64,000 nt of DNA from an uncultured Alphaproteobacteria bacterium (GTDB lineage: Bacteria; Pseudomonadota; Alphaproteobacteria; Methylaequorales; Methylaequoraceae): the NCBI GenBank assembly GCA_902540805.1, contig CACBON010000002.1, forward strand, positions 27,322 through 91,321. The letters are read 5' to 3'. The notes beneath the pieces were generated by a model that saw only the letters and a list, made by a program, of their open reading frames with translations, had not been told where the DNA came from and made no database searches. Numbering within the stretch: the stretch's first letter is position 1; every line of letters begins with the position of its first letter. Of the stretch, positions 27,235 to 36,696 are shown piece after piece. The translations under genes were made by a program, and so were the position numbers.

Positions 27235-28101
27235 TTATTTTTGAGAACTTAATTTGGCATCTTCAAGATCTTTCTCAATTTCATCAGGTATTGAAAATTT
27301 AATTTTTTTAGAAACAATATCACTCATCTCTATTGATCCTGATTTTATTCTCATATCACCTCGTTCAAGTTTTGCATCTTGATTGATTTCAAATGACAAA
27401 CTTAAATTATTTTTACTGTTGTAAACCTTTATAGCTTCAAAATCTTTTGGATTTAAAAAAACTACAATATTTTCAATTGAGTTTTCAATTGAATTAACAA
27501 CTTGCTTAATTTTTTCTTGAAAGAATTTATTGTTATTATCTATCTCGTAACCTAAAACTTCTTTTGATAAATTTGAAAGTAAATTAGTTATTGATTTGTT
27601 TAATTCATTAACAAATTCTGGTGTCATTTTAAAAATATTATCAGTTGTATTTTTAAGAGTCACAGCAAGTGACTTTTCTCCTTTTTGAAGCTCTTCGGTA
27701 GTTTTTTTTACTCCAAGTTTATAACCATTATTGTAATATTGTTTTGCCATATCATTGGCTAATTTTTGTGCTTCTTTTTCTGTATATATTTTTTCATTGT
27801 CTGGTTTTTTTTCATCGATAACATCACTTGTTGGTTCCTTGTCTTTACTTTCAGAAACCTCATTTAAATCTTTTGTTACTTCTTCTTTTTTTTCAGATGT
27901 TATTTCTTGATTTTTTTGTGCAAGGGATAACGGAGTAACTTTTTTAAACAAATTTGTGATGTTAGAAGTGATATCTGACTCTTTTACGAAGTCTTTGTTA
28001 CTTTTATTTAATAAACTAACAATTTCTTCAGTGCTTAGTGCTCCAGAAATTTTTTCATCACTTTTTTCCTGAGCTTCGGTTTTGTCTGTGAGTGGCATCA
28101 T
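27235..28101 (-). CDS. fliH: flagellar assembly protein FliH-like
   Basis: Charged K/E-rich protein between fliG and fliI. Overlaps fliG by 4 nt. Confidence 0.5.
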   Translation of the reverse strand: MMPLTDKTEAQEKSDEKISGALSTEEIVSLLNKSNKDFVKESDITSNITNLFKKVTPLSLAQKNQEITSEKKEEVTKDLNEVSESKDKEPTSDVIDEKKPDNEKIYTEKEAQKLANDMAKQYYNNGYKLGVKKTTEELQKGEKSLAVTLKNTTDNIFKMTPEFVNELNKSITNLLSNLSKEVLGYEIDNNNKFFQEKIKQVVNSIENSIENIVVFLNPKDFEAIKVYNSKNNLSLSFEINQDAKLERGDMRIKSGSIEMSDIVSKKIKFSIPDEIEKDLEDAKLSSQK

Positions 28102-29147
28102 ACGAAGTCATCTCCACCTCTTCCAGCAAGTACAATTGTTCCTTCGTCTGACATAGTTCTTGCTACATTGATGATGGCCTTCTGAGCCTCTTGAACTTCT
28201 GTAAGTCTCAATGGGCCAAGTACCTCCATTTCATCTCTGATGTTTGCCGAAGCTCTTTGAGACATGCACGAGAAAATCTTATCTTTCAATTCATCTTCTG
28301 TTCCTTTAAGCGCAATTATAAGAATTTCTTGATCAACATTTCTTAATAAAGTTTGCATGCTTCTATCATCCATTAAAATTAATGTATCAAAGGTAAACAT
28401 ACTTTCCTGAATTTCTTTAGCTAAATTTCTGTCCTTTTCACCTAACGTTTTCATGATTCTTTGTTCCATATTCTGCTTTGTAAAATTCATTATTGATGCA
28501 GCATCTTTTATTCCTCCGACTGATGAGGCTCGCAATGAAGTGTTTGTTTTAAATTTAAGTTGCATAACTCTTTCCAATTCTGCCAAAGCGTCTGGTTGAA
28601 CTGTTTCTAGAGTTGCAATACGATGAATAATATCAGATTGAGTTTCTTCGGGTAGCAAAGTTAAAACATCTGCTGCAACACCAGGCTCTAAATACGAAAT
28701 TATCAATGCCATTATTTGAGGATGTTCATCAGAAATTAACTCTGCAACTGATCTGGCATCCATCCAATCTAAAATTTCTATTGGCTTGTCACTTTCAGTA
28801 GGAGTAATTCTTCCAAGAACAGACTGAGCTTTATTTTCACCTAAAGCTTTTGTCATTACATTTCTAATGTAGTTTGTAGAACCCATACCCAAGTCAGTTT
28901 GTGTTTTTATTATGGCTAAAAATTCGTCTAAAACTCTATTCACAGTTTCTTGATCTAAACCTTGAACATTGTACATCTCTTTACCGAGTTGCTGCACTTC
29001 TTTTGGACCCAAATTTTTTAAAATTTCTGAAGCCTCTTCCTCGCCTAAAAGCATCATCAAAATAGCACATTTTTGAGTACTTGTTAATTGTTCATATTGC
29101 GACTTTTCTTCTTCTTCTTTATTTTCTTCCTTTGCTTTTTCAGCCAT
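28098..29147 (-). CDS. fliG: flagellar motor switch protein FliG
   Basis: Typical FliG N-terminal, middle and C-terminal domains (LTSTQKCAILMMLLGEEEASEILKNL...). Confidence 0.85.
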   Translation of the reverse strand: MAEKAKEENKEEEEKSQYEQLTSTQKCAILMMLLGEEEASEILKNLGPKEVQQLGKEMYNVQGLDQETVNRVLDEFLAIIKTQTDLGMGSTNYIRNVMTKALGENKAQSVLGRITPTESDKPIEILDWMDARSVAELISDEHPQIMALIISYLEPGVAADVLTLLPEETQSDIIHRIATLETVQPDALAELERVMQLKFKTNTSLRASSVGGIKDAASIMNFTKQNMEQRIMKTLGEKDRNLAKEIQESMFTFDTLILMDDRSMQTLLRNVDQEILIIALKGTEDELKDKIFSCMSQRASANIRDEMEVLGPLRLTEVQEAQKAIINVARTMSDEGTIVLAGRGGDDFV

Positions 29148-29171
29148 TTGAGTACTCCTTATTAATTTATA

Positions 29172-30896
29172 TTATACATCTTTTTTCATAAGTTGTCTGA
29201 ATACATTTGAAACTTTTCCAGCTTCATCTCCCACTATCATCCTGATAACAGCAACTTTATCGTCGTAAGTATTGGCCGTATCGAGCATATCTGCTGAAAT
29301 AGTTGATTTTTTTGGTTTAAGTTTAGCTTTTATGTCTTCAAGAGATTCGCCTTCTTGAACTTGAACTTCATCTTCTGCTTCTTCTGCCTCAAGATCAGCT
29401 TCAGAAGTACCACCTGGACCTGCAGCTGTTCCAGCTGAAGGAACTAAAATTCTATTTAACAATGGCTTTAATGCACCGAATGTTACGATTGCAAGAATTA
29501 GAACAGTCGATAACTGACCAACCATATTTTGAAACCATGATTGTTCATACCATTTAGTTGTTATAACATCCATTTCTTGGATAAAATCTCCACTTGTTAC
29601 AACAATTGTGTCTTCTCTATCCTCATTGAAACCAACTGCTTCTTTAACAAGAGAAGTAATTTTTTCTCTATCTTCTTCACTTATTGGCTCAGAGACAACT
29701 GTGCCTTCTGGAGTTTCAATCATTTTGTTTTTAACTAAAACAGCCGTCTTAACTTTCTTAATTTTTCCGATTTGACCAACAGTTGTACTAAGTTTTTTAC
29801 TAACCTCATAGTTTTTAACATTACTGGATGATCTTTGCTTGAATTCTGCTGGTTCCCCAGTTTCAGGAGCTGCAACCTGTAAATCAGCAGCTAGAGGTGC
29901 TTGGTTAGCTACAGCACCAGGAATACCTCTTGCCGGTCTATCAGTGGATTCGTCTTGACTATTTTGTTCACTTCTAGTCGAAATGCTCTCTGGATCAAAA
30001 ATTTCTTCTGTTGTTTGATTGCTTGTAAAATCCATTTCAACATTTACTTGTGCCGTTAAATTACCTGCACCAACGATTGGAGAAACTAATGATAAAATTC
30101 TTTCTCTGTATATTGATTCAATTTTTACTCTATGAGCTAACTGTTTTTCTGTCATTGCTAAATTTGGGTCATCTTCTGGTTTCGACAATAACGAACCATA
30201 TTGATCCACAACTGTTACGTTATCGGAAGTCATATTAGGAATTGATGATGATACTATATGAACAATTGATCTAATTTGCTCTAATCCTAAAGCTCTTCCA
30301 TCAGCTAGTTTCACAAATACAGATGCAGTGGGAGGAGAGGAGTCTCTGACAAAAACAGATTTTTCAGGAATTGCTAGATGTACTCTTGCTCCAATAATAT
30401 TAGCTATTTCATTTATCGATCTGGCAAGCTCTATTTCTTGCGTCTGTTTCATTTTCATAAATTCAACTGACCTACTTGTTCCCATTGGGATTTTTTCAAG
30501 AATATCATAACCTTGAGGAACTGAACTCGGCAAACCTTCTGCGGCAAGTTTCATCTTTGCTTCATAATATTCAGGCGACGGAACTAAAATTTCACCTGTA
30601 GTTCTGTCGATTGAAACATCAATTCCATTAGATCTTAAAACATCAATTACTCTGGATTTTTCATGTTCAGGTAAAGTTGCAAATAAAGTTGTTCTTGGGG
30701 GTTCTCTGAAAGATATAAAAAAAACTAAACCAAGAAAAATAACAAATAAAGTTATCATAACTGGAATAGATCTTTGAACAGCAGGTTCATTAGAAAATTT
30801 TTTAATTTTTTCTATGGAGTTAGTTATGTTTGACAACATTCCTTGATTTGATATTGAATTTTTTGTTATTTCAGTAGTTTGAATCTCTTCAGCCAT
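29172..30896 (-). CDS. fliF: flagellar MS-ring protein FliF
   Basis: 574 aa with two TM helices and a YscJ/FliF fold. Located between fliE and fliG. Confidence 0.85.
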   Translation of the reverse strand: MAEEIQTTEITKNSISNQGMLSNITNSIEKIKKFSNEPAVQRSIPVMITLFVIFLGLVFFISFREPPRTTLFATLPEHEKSRVIDVLRSNGIDVSIDRTTGEILVPSPEYYEAKMKLAAEGLPSSVPQGYDILEKIPMGTSRSVEFMKMKQTQEIELARSINEIANIIGARVHLAIPEKSVFVRDSSPPTASVFVKLADGRALGLEQIRSIVHIVSSSIPNMTSDNVTVVDQYGSLLSKPEDDPNLAMTEKQLAHRVKIESIYRERILSLVSPIVGAGNLTAQVNVEMDFTSNQTTEEIFDPESISTRSEQNSQDESTDRPARGIPGAVANQAPLAADLQVAAPETGEPAEFKQRSSSNVKNYEVSKKLSTTVGQIGKIKKVKTAVLVKNKMIETPEGTVVSEPISEEDREKITSLVKEAVGFNEDREDTIVVTSGDFIQEMDVITTKWYEQSWFQNMVGQLSTVLILAIVTFGALKPLLNRILVPSAGTAAGPGGTSEADLEAEEAEDEVQVQEGESLEDIKAKLKPKKSTISADMLDTANTYDDKVAVIRMIVGDEAGKVSNVFRQLMKKDV

Positions 30897-30913
30897 AATT
30901 TTTTCCTTTTAAT

Positions 30914-31252
30914 TTAAACAGGCATATTCATAATGTCTTTGTATGCACTCAGGACTTTATTTCTTACGTTCAAAGTCATTTGAAAACCCAGACTTGATAA
31001 TTGTTGTTGAATCATAACCTTGGTAAGATCGTTTTCTAATCCAAGTTCAAAGTTTTTTGTTAACTCAGCACTTTGTTTTTGAGTATCAGAAACTTCTTGA
31101 ATAGCTGATTTAATACTATCCAAAAAACCACCATCTTGTGGTTCCATAATTTTTGGAGACAGATTTGCAATATCCTCTTGAACTTTTTTTATTTCATTTT
31201 GATTGTTTGGTGTAATAACTGTTGGTTTTAAATTAGTAAGGTTTGGTTTCAT
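30914..31252 (-). CDS. fliE: flagellar hook-basal body protein FliE
   Basis: The C-terminal ...VLSAYKDIMNMPV matches the FliE C-terminal motif (AYQEIMRMQV). Confidence 0.75.
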   Translation of the reverse strand: MKPNLTNLKPTVITPNNQNEIKKVQEDIANLSPKIMEPQDGGFLDSIKSAIQEVSDTQKQSAELTKNFELGLENDLTKVMIQQQLSSLGFQMTLNVRNKVLSAYKDIMNMPV

Positions 31253-31268
31253 TATTTCTCCTTCAAAA

Positions 31269-32426
31269 TTAAGCTTGCATCAATTTTTTTTCTGACAAAT
31301 TTTCTTGAATGTTATTATAAAAATTACTTTCTTTCGAAACATCTATCATTATGTCTTTATCTTCAATTATATTTCTTTCAGAGAGAACTATAGCTCTTTG
31401 CAGAACATTTTCCAACTCTCTAACATTTCCGGGCCAACTATACTCTCTTAATATTTTTTGAGCATCTTTGTTGATGTAAGGTAGGGCGCTTTTTTCTGTG
31501 TGTCTATTCAATAAAGCTATACTAATTGGCAAAATATCATCAGGTCTTTCAGATAAATTATGTGTTTCTATTGGGAACACATTAAGTCTGTAATATAAAT
31601 CCTCTCTGAATTTTTTATCTTTTACTTCGTTTAACATATCTCTATTAGTTGTTGCAATTACTCGAACATTAACATCAATATCTCGTTGTCCGCCAATCGG
31701 TGTAACTTTTTTTTCTTGGAGAACTCTAAGAAGCTTAGCTTGAAGGGACAAAGGCATTTCAGATACTTCATCAAGAAGTAATGTTCCATTATCAGCAGCT
31801 CGAAAAATTCCTTTATTCGCAGAGGAAGCTCCTGTAAAAGCTCCTTTTTCATGTCCAAATAACATTGCTTCAAGCATATTTTCTGGTATCGCAGCACAAT
31901 TTATTGCAATAAAAGGTTTTTCATGTCTATCCGACTTTTTATGAATAAGATTGGAAATAACTTCTTTTCCAGTTCCAGTCGGTCCATGAATAAACACTGT
32001 AACATCTGTTTTTGAAACCTTTTCAACCATATTAATTAAAGAAAGTGTTTTCTTATCTGAGAAACTATACTTTTCCTTAGATATAATCTGAAAAATAATT
32101 TCTTTTATAACCTCATCCATAATCTGGAAAGAAATTTGAATATAAGCTCCGCCCATTTCTTTTTTTAAGTCATAACTACTATCATTTTCTGAATCCAAAA
32201 CTATTAATTTTGTAGAACCTATATTTCTAGCAATTTTAAGAATGTTTGATTGACCACCTTGTTGGTTTTCGAATTTTTTATCGATAATCAATGTGGATTG
32301 AGAACTTTTAATTTCACTGATCTCATCAGAATCAATTAATTTGATTTCCTTTCCTTTTTTACTAAAAAAATCATTTATATCATTGTGTACTTCAAAACAA
32401 TCTTTAATAATAAATATTTCCTTCAT
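31269..32426 (-). CDS. sigma-54-dependent activator lacking a DNA-binding domain (FlgR/FleT-like); start set to ATG 32426
   Basis: Degenerate receiver-like N-terminus. AAA+ core with GPTGTGKE and GAFTGA. About 40 aa follow GNVREL and contain no Fis-type HTH. The track ORF starts at TTG 32453. Confidence 0.8.
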   Translation of the reverse strand: MKEIFIIKDCFEVHNDINDFFSKKGKEIKLIDSDEISEIKSSQSTLIIDKKFENQQGGQSNILKIARNIGSTKLIVLDSENDSSYDLKKEMGGAYIQISFQIMDEVIKEIIFQIISKEKYSFSDKKTLSLINMVEKVSKTDVTVFIHGPTGTGKEVISNLIHKKSDRHEKPFIAINCAAIPENMLEAMLFGHEKGAFTGASSANKGIFRAADNGTLLLDEVSEMPLSLQAKLLRVLQEKKVTPIGGQRDIDVNVRVIATTNRDMLNEVKDKKFREDLYYRLNVFPIETHNLSERPDDILPISIALLNRHTEKSALPYINKDAQKILREYSWPGNVRELENVLQRAIVLSERNIIEDKDIMIDVSKESNFYNNIQENLSEKKLMQA

Positions 32427-32459
32427 ACTTAAATCCTTTATTTTCGTTTTCAATCTAAA

Positions 32460-32475
32460 AGCAAAAATATTGCCA
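32460..32475 (-). promoter_or_regulatory. sigma-54 promoter candidate driving the EBP-fliE-F-G-H-I-J operon
   Basis: Minus strand reads TGGCAA-TATTT-TTGCT. The -12 C is about 12 nt upstream of 32449. RBS AAAGGA precedes ATG 32426. Confidence 0.55.
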
Positions 32476-32617
32476 AATAAGAAAACGAATTTTTACAAAA
32501 TTAATTTTAAATAGTAATATCAACTACTTAGAAATTTTTTTTTTTTTTAATTTTTTTTAAAATTTGCTTATTGTCAGTTTTCTGACATTATTTTATTTAT
32601 AAATAAGTTAATTTATT

Positions 32618-33682
32618 ATGTCTGAGATCATCAAAGGAAAATGTGAGGCAACTTTACAATTAAAAAAACTTGTAGAGATGGTTGCAAAATCAAATTCAAC
32701 AGTTTTACTTAGAGGTGAGACTGGGTGTGGTAAAGATGTGGTTGCCAGAGCTATTCATGAATCATCAAAAAGAAACGGTGAATTAATTAATGTTAATTGT
32801 GCAGCAATACCGTCTGAGCTTTTAGAATCTGAATTATTTGGTCACGAAAAAGGAGCATTTACTGGTGCAGATTCAAAAAGAGAAGGAAGATTCGAGGCTT
32901 CCAATAATGGCACCTTGTTTCTAGATGAAATAGGTGACATGCCTATGGCACTTCAGGCTAAATTACTCAGAGCGATTGAAACTAGAAAAATTCAACGAGT
33001 TGGAGGAAGAAAAGAGATTGATCTTAATTTAAGGCTTATTTGTGCTACTCACCAAGACATTGAAAAAAAAATTGATGAGGGTAATTTTAGGGCTGATCTA
33101 TTTTTTCGGATCAACGTATTTCCAATTGAAATTCCATCACTCGCAGAGAGAAAGGAGGATATTCCAATTCTTGTTAATCATATCTTAGAGGATTTAAAAT
33201 ACAGTGGATCTATTATTCCTCAAATTGATAATTCGGGAATAAAAGCGCTTCAAGAATATTTATGGCCAGGTAATGTAAGAGAATTAAAAAATGTTATTGA
33301 GAGGGCAGCAATAATCTTCCCAGAAAAAAGTATTAATGGCAAAAACATTAAAGAAAATTTGTTAAAAGTTAATTTACCTGACAACTCTCAAGAAAAAGAG
33401 GAGTTATGGGAAATGACTTCTGATCTTTCTCCAATAAAAATCGAAACGAGTTCTGATTCTCATTCAATGCCACACCCAAATCATTATAAAAAATGGTTTG
33501 ATTTCTTAGACAAGATAGATCTTCGTAGACATTTAAGTGATGTTGAATTTAACTTAATAGAAGGAGCACTAAAGAAAAGTAACGGATCTGTGACCGAGGC
33601 TTCGAAATGTTTAAAAATAAACAGAACGACTTTAATTGAAAAAATGAAAAAATACTCTATTCCTAAGCTCGGAAATGACTAA
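32618..33682 (+). CDS. sigma-54-dependent activator with C-terminal Fis-type HTH and no regulatory N-domain
   Basis: Starts directly with the AAA+ domain ([20 protein letters not shown]). C-terminal HTH ([29 protein letters not shown]). Confidence 0.8.
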   Translation: MSEIIKGKCEATLQLKKLVEMVAKSNSTVLLRGETGCGKDVVARAIHESSKRNGELINVNCAAIPSELLESELFGHEKGAFTGADSKREGRFEASNNGTLFLDEIGDMPMALQAKLLRAIETRKIQRVGGRKEIDLNLRLICATHQDIEKKIDEGNFRADLFFRINVFPIEIPSLAERKEDIPILVNHILEDLKYSGSIIPQIDNSGIKALQEYLWPGNVRELKNVIERAAIIFPEKSINGKNIKENLLKVNLPDNSQEKEELWEMTSDLSPIKIETSSDSHSMPHPNHYKKWFDFLDKIDLRRHLSDVEFNLIEGALKKSNGSVTEASKCLKINRTTLIEKMKKYSIPKLGND

Positions 33683-34590
33683 CTTCCTATATGTTTTATT
33701 CCTTTTTCTTTTGCAATTTGCATTTGTCTTCGACGTTCGTTATATCTAGCTTTTTGCTTTTTAGATTTTTCTTTAAAACATTTAGGACAAGATACTCCTT
33801 GTTTAAAATATTTTGATTTAGTGTCTACGTAATTTATTGCAGATCTACATGCAAAACATTGAGAATACAATCCTTTTTCAAGTTTATCATTTAGTGAAAC
33901 TCTTTCATCAAAAACGAAACATTCACCCTGCCACATTTTATTTTTATTTTTAGTTTTTTTTAAATATTCAATAATTCCACCCTTAAGTTGAAAGATATTT
34001 TTATACCCTTCATTAATTAAAAAATTACTTGCTTTTTCACACCTGATTCCACCAGTACAAAACATTCCAATTTTTTTTTCAAAAAGTTTTTTTTTATTTT
34101 TCTTAAACCAAATAGGAAACTCTCTAAAGTTAGTGGTTTTAGTTTTAACTGAAGATCTGAAAGTACCAATATCAGATTCATATTTATTTCTTGTATCGAT
34201 AATTATGGAGTTTGGATCAGAAATTAACTTCTCCCACGCATCAGGGTCTAGAAAATTACCAGTCATTTTCTCTGGACATATATTTTTTTGTCCTAGAGAT
34301 ACAATTTCTTTTTTTTCTTTAATTTTAAGTCTTAAAAAAGAATGATTATTATTATATTGATTTTTAAATTTAATTTGCTTTTGAATAAAAGTATTGATTA
34401 AAATCTCAACTTTCTCAAATTGTTCTGCTAATACTGAAAATGATGCATTGATTCCTTCTTTTCCAATAATAAACGTTCCTTTAATATTAAGTTTTTTCAA
34501 ACCAGCTGAGAGTTTTTCTTTTATTACACCAGGATTTCTTAGATAGACAAATTTGTAAAAGCTGGATACTATAAATTTTTTTTTATGCAT
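33679..34590 (-). CDS. trhO: rhodanese-domain protein TrhO/YceA family (tRNA U34 hydroxylase)
   Basis: UPF0176 architecture. Rhodanese active-site loop CTGGIRCEK and C-terminal Cys-rich tail. Confidence 0.6.
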   Translation of the reverse strand: MHKKKFIVSSFYKFVYLRNPGVIKEKLSAGLKKLNIKGTFIIGKEGINASFSVLAEQFEKVEILINTFIQKQIKFKNQYNNNHSFLRLKIKEKKEIVSLGQKNICPEKMTGNFLDPDAWEKLISDPNSIIIDTRNKYESDIGTFRSSVKTKTTNFREFPIWFKKNKKKLFEKKIGMFCTGGIRCEKASNFLINEGYKNIFQLKGGIIEYLKKTKNKNKMWQGECFVFDERVSLNDKLEKGLYSQCFACRSAINYVDTKSKYFKQGVSCPKCFKEKSKKQKARYNERRRQMQIAKEKGIKHIGS

Positions 34591-35205
34591 GACTTATTTC
34601 TTCAGAATTTTTTAAAAGCTTTCATTGCCATTGATCCAATTTCTTTAATTCCTATTTTAACAATAATTACTCAAGGTTTAAATACAAAAAACACAATTAA
34701 ACTTTCTGGATTTGTGTTTTTAATTACATGCAGTGTATTAACCTTTTTTTCATTTTATGGAAATTCTTTTTTAGTTTTTATGGGTATATCCATATCATCT
34801 TTTCAAATTATTGGAGGTTTTTTTCTTTTAATCATTTCTTATGAGATGGTATTTGAAAAAAGGGTAAAAAGAAAGACAACCATTGCCAATGAATTAATTG
34901 ACGAACAGGAATTGAATAGTTTGGCTGTATTTCCTATTTCAATACCACTGGTTGCTGGACCATCAGCCATAACACTCTCTGTTTTAATTTCAAAGGATAT
35001 CGACTACACAATGGTTAGTTTTTATACTCAAATTTTTCCACTCGTATTGACATTATTTTTAACTTCTATAATTATCATCTTCTCGAATTTTTTTATGTAT
35101 TTGCTTAATAAAACAATTATGAATGTATTACAAAAACTATTTGGATTAATTTTAGGTGCCCTGGCGGTCGAATACGTAATAAAGGGATGGAGTTTAATAG
35201 TATGA
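34585..35205 (+). CDS. MarC family membrane protein
   Basis: About 200 aa with six TM helices and a MarC/UPF0056-like profile. Confidence 0.45.
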   Translation: MHDLFLQNFLKAFIAIDPISLIPILTIITQGLNTKNTIKLSGFVFLITCSVLTFFSFYGNSFLVFMGISISSFQIIGGFFLLIISYEMVFEKRVKRKTTIANELIDEQELNSLAVFPISIPLVAGPSAITLSVLISKDIDYTMVSFYTQIFPLVLTLFLTSIIIIFSNFFMYLLNKTIMNVLQKLFGLILGALAVEYVIKGWSLIV

Positions 35206-35669
35206 ATGTAAAATCTCCATGCATAAATGTATGCAAGTTAAACCCTACAAACAATTTGTGTGAGGGATGTTTAAGGACTTCTGATGAAATAAGTAATTGG
35301 TCTAAATATACAGAAAATAAAAAAAAGAATATAATTGCAACGTTGAAAAATAGAAAGTTAGCAACCTTAATAGTATTATTTTTAATTTTTTTTAACGAAT
35401 GTTTTGCAAATGAGTTGTGGGTAGGTAAATGGAAAGCCCTGGATAAATGGCAATCTGAGTTCCTAATCGAAGTATATGCTGATGGCACAGCTTCAACTAA
35501 TTATGGAAATGGAGAAAATGGAAATTGGACGATTGTTGATGGAAATTTACAAATTATTTGGGAATCTGGAAAAAAAGATTATATCTTCAGTGGAGTTATG
35601 GGCTATCAAAGACTTTCAAAAAGCAGAAATGATAGTTATACCTCTGGAATGAAAAAATTATTTGACTAA
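35187..35669 (+). CDS. DUF1289-domain protein with C-terminal extension
   Basis: N-terminal SPCINVCKLNPTNNLCEGCLRTSDEISNW matches the DUF1289 CxxxC...CxGCxRTxxEI motif. Confidence 0.5.
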   Translation: MEFNSMNVKSPCINVCKLNPTNNLCEGCLRTSDEISNWSKYTENKKKNIIATLKNRKLATLIVLFLIFFNECFANELWVGKWKALDKWQSEFLIEVYADGTASTNYGNGENGNWTIVDGNLQIIWESGKKDYIFSGVMGYQRLSKSRNDSYTSGMKKLFD

Positions 35670-35966
35670 CTTTAAATATGGTTTTTTTAAATAGCTAATA
35701 ACTTTTCTTAAACTTTTAGAACTTGTTAAAATATTATTCTGTGATGAAAGTGTAAAAACACTGTTATTTTTATAATTTTTCTTTATCTCCAGACTCGGAC
35801 CGTGCTTAAAAGATCTATGAATGGCAAATACAGCATAACTTTTTTGAAAAGTAATCGAATAATCCTTCCATTCACCTATTGAAATTTTTTTTGAATATAA
35901 TTCCATAATTTCATGTATTTCTTGTTTTTTAAAACTAATAATTTTGGATTTTTTTAAATTATTCAT
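35658..35966 (-). CDS. hypothetical basic protein
   Basis: ORF only. Confidence 0.2.
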   Translation of the reverse strand: MNNLKKSKIISFKKQEIHEIMELYSKKISIGEWKDYSITFQKSYAVFAIHRSFKHGPSLEIKKNYKNNSVFTLSSQNNILTSSKSLRKVISYLKKPYLKLVK

Positions 35967-36051
35967 AAATATAAAATTGAAATTTTAATCTGATAGAATA
36001 TAAATACATTAAATATATGATATTAAACTATTTTGGAAAATAAATAAAAAA

Positions 36052-36696
36052 ATGAGTGAAGAATTTATTAGAGAAGTTGACGAGGATTTAAAAGAAGAAA
36101 AAAGACTAAAACTTTGGAAAAAACTACTCCCATACGTTGTCAGCATCTCCTTGGGTGTAATCTTAAGTACAAGTGGGTATGTTTTTTGGGAAAATTATAC
36201 AAATAAAACGAAACAACAACTTGGAGATGATTTCACTGCAGCTGTTGAACTTTCTAATGAAGAAGATATAGATGCTGCATTGATTGCATTAGATAGAATA
36301 GTAGACAAAGGCTCTGACGGATATGTAACTATGGCAAAAATAAAAAAAGCATCCATACTCATCGCTAAAGGTGATATAAATAAAGGGCTTGATATTTATT
36401 TAGATCTTGAAAAAAATGCAGTAGATCAATCATTTAGAGACATTGCAACAATACTTTTTGTAATGAATTCGATAGATTTTGAACAACCAGAAAAACTTTT
36501 AGATAAATTGGATCCATTAAGAAATAGTATGATCTGGAAATCATCTGCACTTGAATTGACAGCTTTTATTTATCTTAAAAATGATCAAAAGAAAGAAGCA
36601 TTAGAAACTTTTCAAGAAATTAAAATGCTTCCAAACAAGCCTTCTTCATTAGGCTTAAGAGCTCAGAATATGATTGATTTTCTACAGAAAGAATAA
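36052..36696 (+). CDS. YfgM-like TPR membrane protein
   Basis: N-terminal TM helix and a TPR-like C-terminus. Conserved position upstream of bamB-der. Confidence 0.45.
   Translation: MSEEFIREVDEDLKEEKRLKLWKKLLPYVVSISLGVILSTSGYVFWENYTNKTKQQLGDDFTAAVELSNEEDIDAALIALDRIVDKGSDGYVTMAKIKKASILIAKGDINKGLDIYLDLEKNAVDQSFRDIATILFVMNSIDFEQPEKLLDKLDPLRNSMIWKSSALELTAFIYLKNDQKKEALETFQEIKMLPNKPSSLGLRAQNMIDFLQKE

Noticed and set aside
32536-32560. Long poly-T tracts (32536-32560; also 36723-36735 and 47838-47852) as possible phase-variation or slipped-strand sites
   Set aside because: They are intergenic or at gene ends and the composition is extremely AT-rich. Homopolymers of this length are expected by composition, and no ORF is put out of frame by them.
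35822-35837. TGGCAA-ATACA-GCATA sigma-54-like string
   Set aside because: The GC of the -12 element is displaced by 2 nt, and the string lies inside a coding region with no downstream gene start.
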